A DNA stretch of 64,000 nt from Octopus sinensis (lineage: Eukaryota): contig NW_021836157.1 in assembly GCF_006345805.1 (NCBI RefSeq), forward strand, positions 4,795 to 68,794, given 5' to 3'. The notes beneath the pieces are model-generated. The model saw nothing but the letters and a program-made list of their open reading frames with translations, was not told the DNA's origin and did no database searches. A program made the position numbers and the translations under genes. Of this stretch, positions 62,261-64,000 are shown one piece after another; positions within the stretch are counted from its first letter, which is position 1, and every line of letters starts with the position of its first letter.

Positions 62261-64000
62261 CTAATGGACATTTGCGGGGCTCCGTATGGCTCTGGTCCAC
62301 GGACATGCTAACCTACCACTTGGGTTATCTCAGAAACAGCTGTAAGACTTCAAATTCACCTCACTCTAATTAAATCATTGTAAATGACTTCAGATACTTG
62401 TTATGCCTTGGTTTTGATATTTCCTCTAATATAATCACTATATATAAAACTGAGAATGTGTGCGTGGCTATCAGTTGGTATGTATGTGTGCATCACTAAA
62501 ACTCTAGAACTACCCAATTGATTTCTTTCAAATTTTACACATGCCTTAATTAGGGTCTATGCAGTGTCATGAGCCAACAAAATGTTCAACTTCTTGCCTA
62601 ATGTGAACCTGGAGCAATCTCTTATCTCTTACACTATTTCAGTATTATGTGTCAAAAGTGAATCAATAACATCTCTGTTGTCTCGTGAGATACTTTCAGT
62701 TTCAATAGTGAAACATTTAATACTTTCACTATGTATATTTATATTAGTTTCATTTCTGATACTTTCACTATGATATTGTTACGGACGCCAAGGAAAATGT
62801 AAACGAACAAAAAAACATTATGCCCCTTGTTCCATTAGTTGGAATCGAACCGGCGCTCCAGTTGTTCAGGACAATGGTATTTCCTTTATCCTGTCAAAGA
62901 GCATGATTATTAATGGCCCTAGGCACTGATATGTGGCCCCACACGGTCACAGAAAGTTTAAAAAAATAAAAAATGTTGGGACGATGTTATAAATACGAAT
63001 AGGCTAAGTTGACAGTCAATCAGTGAGAGAGAGACAGACGGTCAGTGCCAGCGTCCACTGGACAAGAGCAGCGTGGTCTAGAGAGAGACAGACAGTCAGT
63101 GAGAGAGATGACAGGACGAGAGGTAGTAAGATGACAGTGACAGGGGCAGAGAGAGATACATAAAGAAGCTGGACTACTATAGTGGGAGTTGTGAGGTTCA
63201 GGGAGTGTTGCAGATGTGGAACATGAGGTAATGTTTTTATTTGTGTTTTGAATTTTGATGTTCAATTGAAAAAAAGAAAAACGTTGTGTTTGCTTAAAAG
63301 TAAATATTAAAAAAAAAAGAAGAGAAGAGACGATGTGTTGTTGAAATGAAAAAAGAGAGAGGCTCTGATGTTGAAAAGAAAAGAAAAGAAAGAACTTGGA
63401 AATGTTTTTTAAAAAAAAGCAGAAGGAACTTTTGAGAACTGTTGTGTTAAAAAAAGAGGAAAGTGGAACTCTAAGAGACTGTTGATTGTGAATTTTGTGT
63501 CAAATGTAAATGATTTGTTTTGGAAAAATTGAACTGTATTGTGTCAAATGTTACAGGATTTGTCAACCTTTGTTTTTGAATGCTTTTGTTTTGTTAAAAA
63601 AAATTGCTGAACTAGGCAATGCTCGTGTATGTCTCTCTTTCTTTTGTTGTTGCTGTTGTTGTGTTGGTTCCTGGCTGCATTCGTCACCTTCCCCCCTTCC
63701 CGCGGTGGATTTCCGGTTTACTTAGAGTCATCGTCGTGACTTAGGGCCCGTGGTAGAATCAGAAGACCTTGGGCCTGAGTTGAGCGTGAGCGGCGAAACA
63801 TATATTTATGTATATATATTATGTACGTAAATGTATGAATTGTATATATGTATGCGTATATATATATATATATGTATGTATGTATGTATGTATATGTATA
63901 AAAATGCTTAGGTATGTATGTATGTGTATTATATATATATATGTATATATATGTGTATATATATATATATATAAGTATATATGCGTATATGTATATATAT

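Noticed and set aside
62280-62350. GAAACAGCTGTAAG hammerhead 3' half
   Set aside because: No CUGAnGA 5' core upstream; fragment only.

Overview
AT-rich, microsatellite-dense eukaryotic DNA with no recognisable host protein-coding gene. Repeat content (abundant tRNA-headed SINEs, RTE LINEs with (GAT)n tails, huge (TA)n/(CA)n tracts) looks like an octopus/coleoid genome; this is inference, no search was run. The window is a graveyard of nested mobile elements. It holds four Penelope-like elements (PLEs), including a near-complete young Neptune-type copy at 9246-14663 with twin pLTRs. It also holds two compact Gypsy-like LTR retrotransposons with TSDs (20435-24405, 36972-41167), a non-autonomous LTR element (18104-20115), several RTE LINEs, HERO-like and R4/Dong-like fragments, a mariner relic, Helitron derivatives, MITEs and at least eight hammerhead-ribozyme-like motifs. 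Most notable: (1) both Gypsy-like elements have, in place of a normal 3'-CCA primer-binding site, a 12-mer complementary to the 5' end (nt 1-12) of tRNA-Phe; (2) the Neptune PLE has an upstream ORF1 joined to RT by an in-phase U-UUU-UUA -1 slippery site, a CCAAT-N12-CRE promoter array, and a predicted intron whose acceptor lies inside a U3-A8 variant hammerhead; (3) the non-autonomous LTR element has a Tf1-like self-priming fold; (4) two hammerheads have intact cores and 86-97 nt extended stem II. All alignments and pairings were done by eye.
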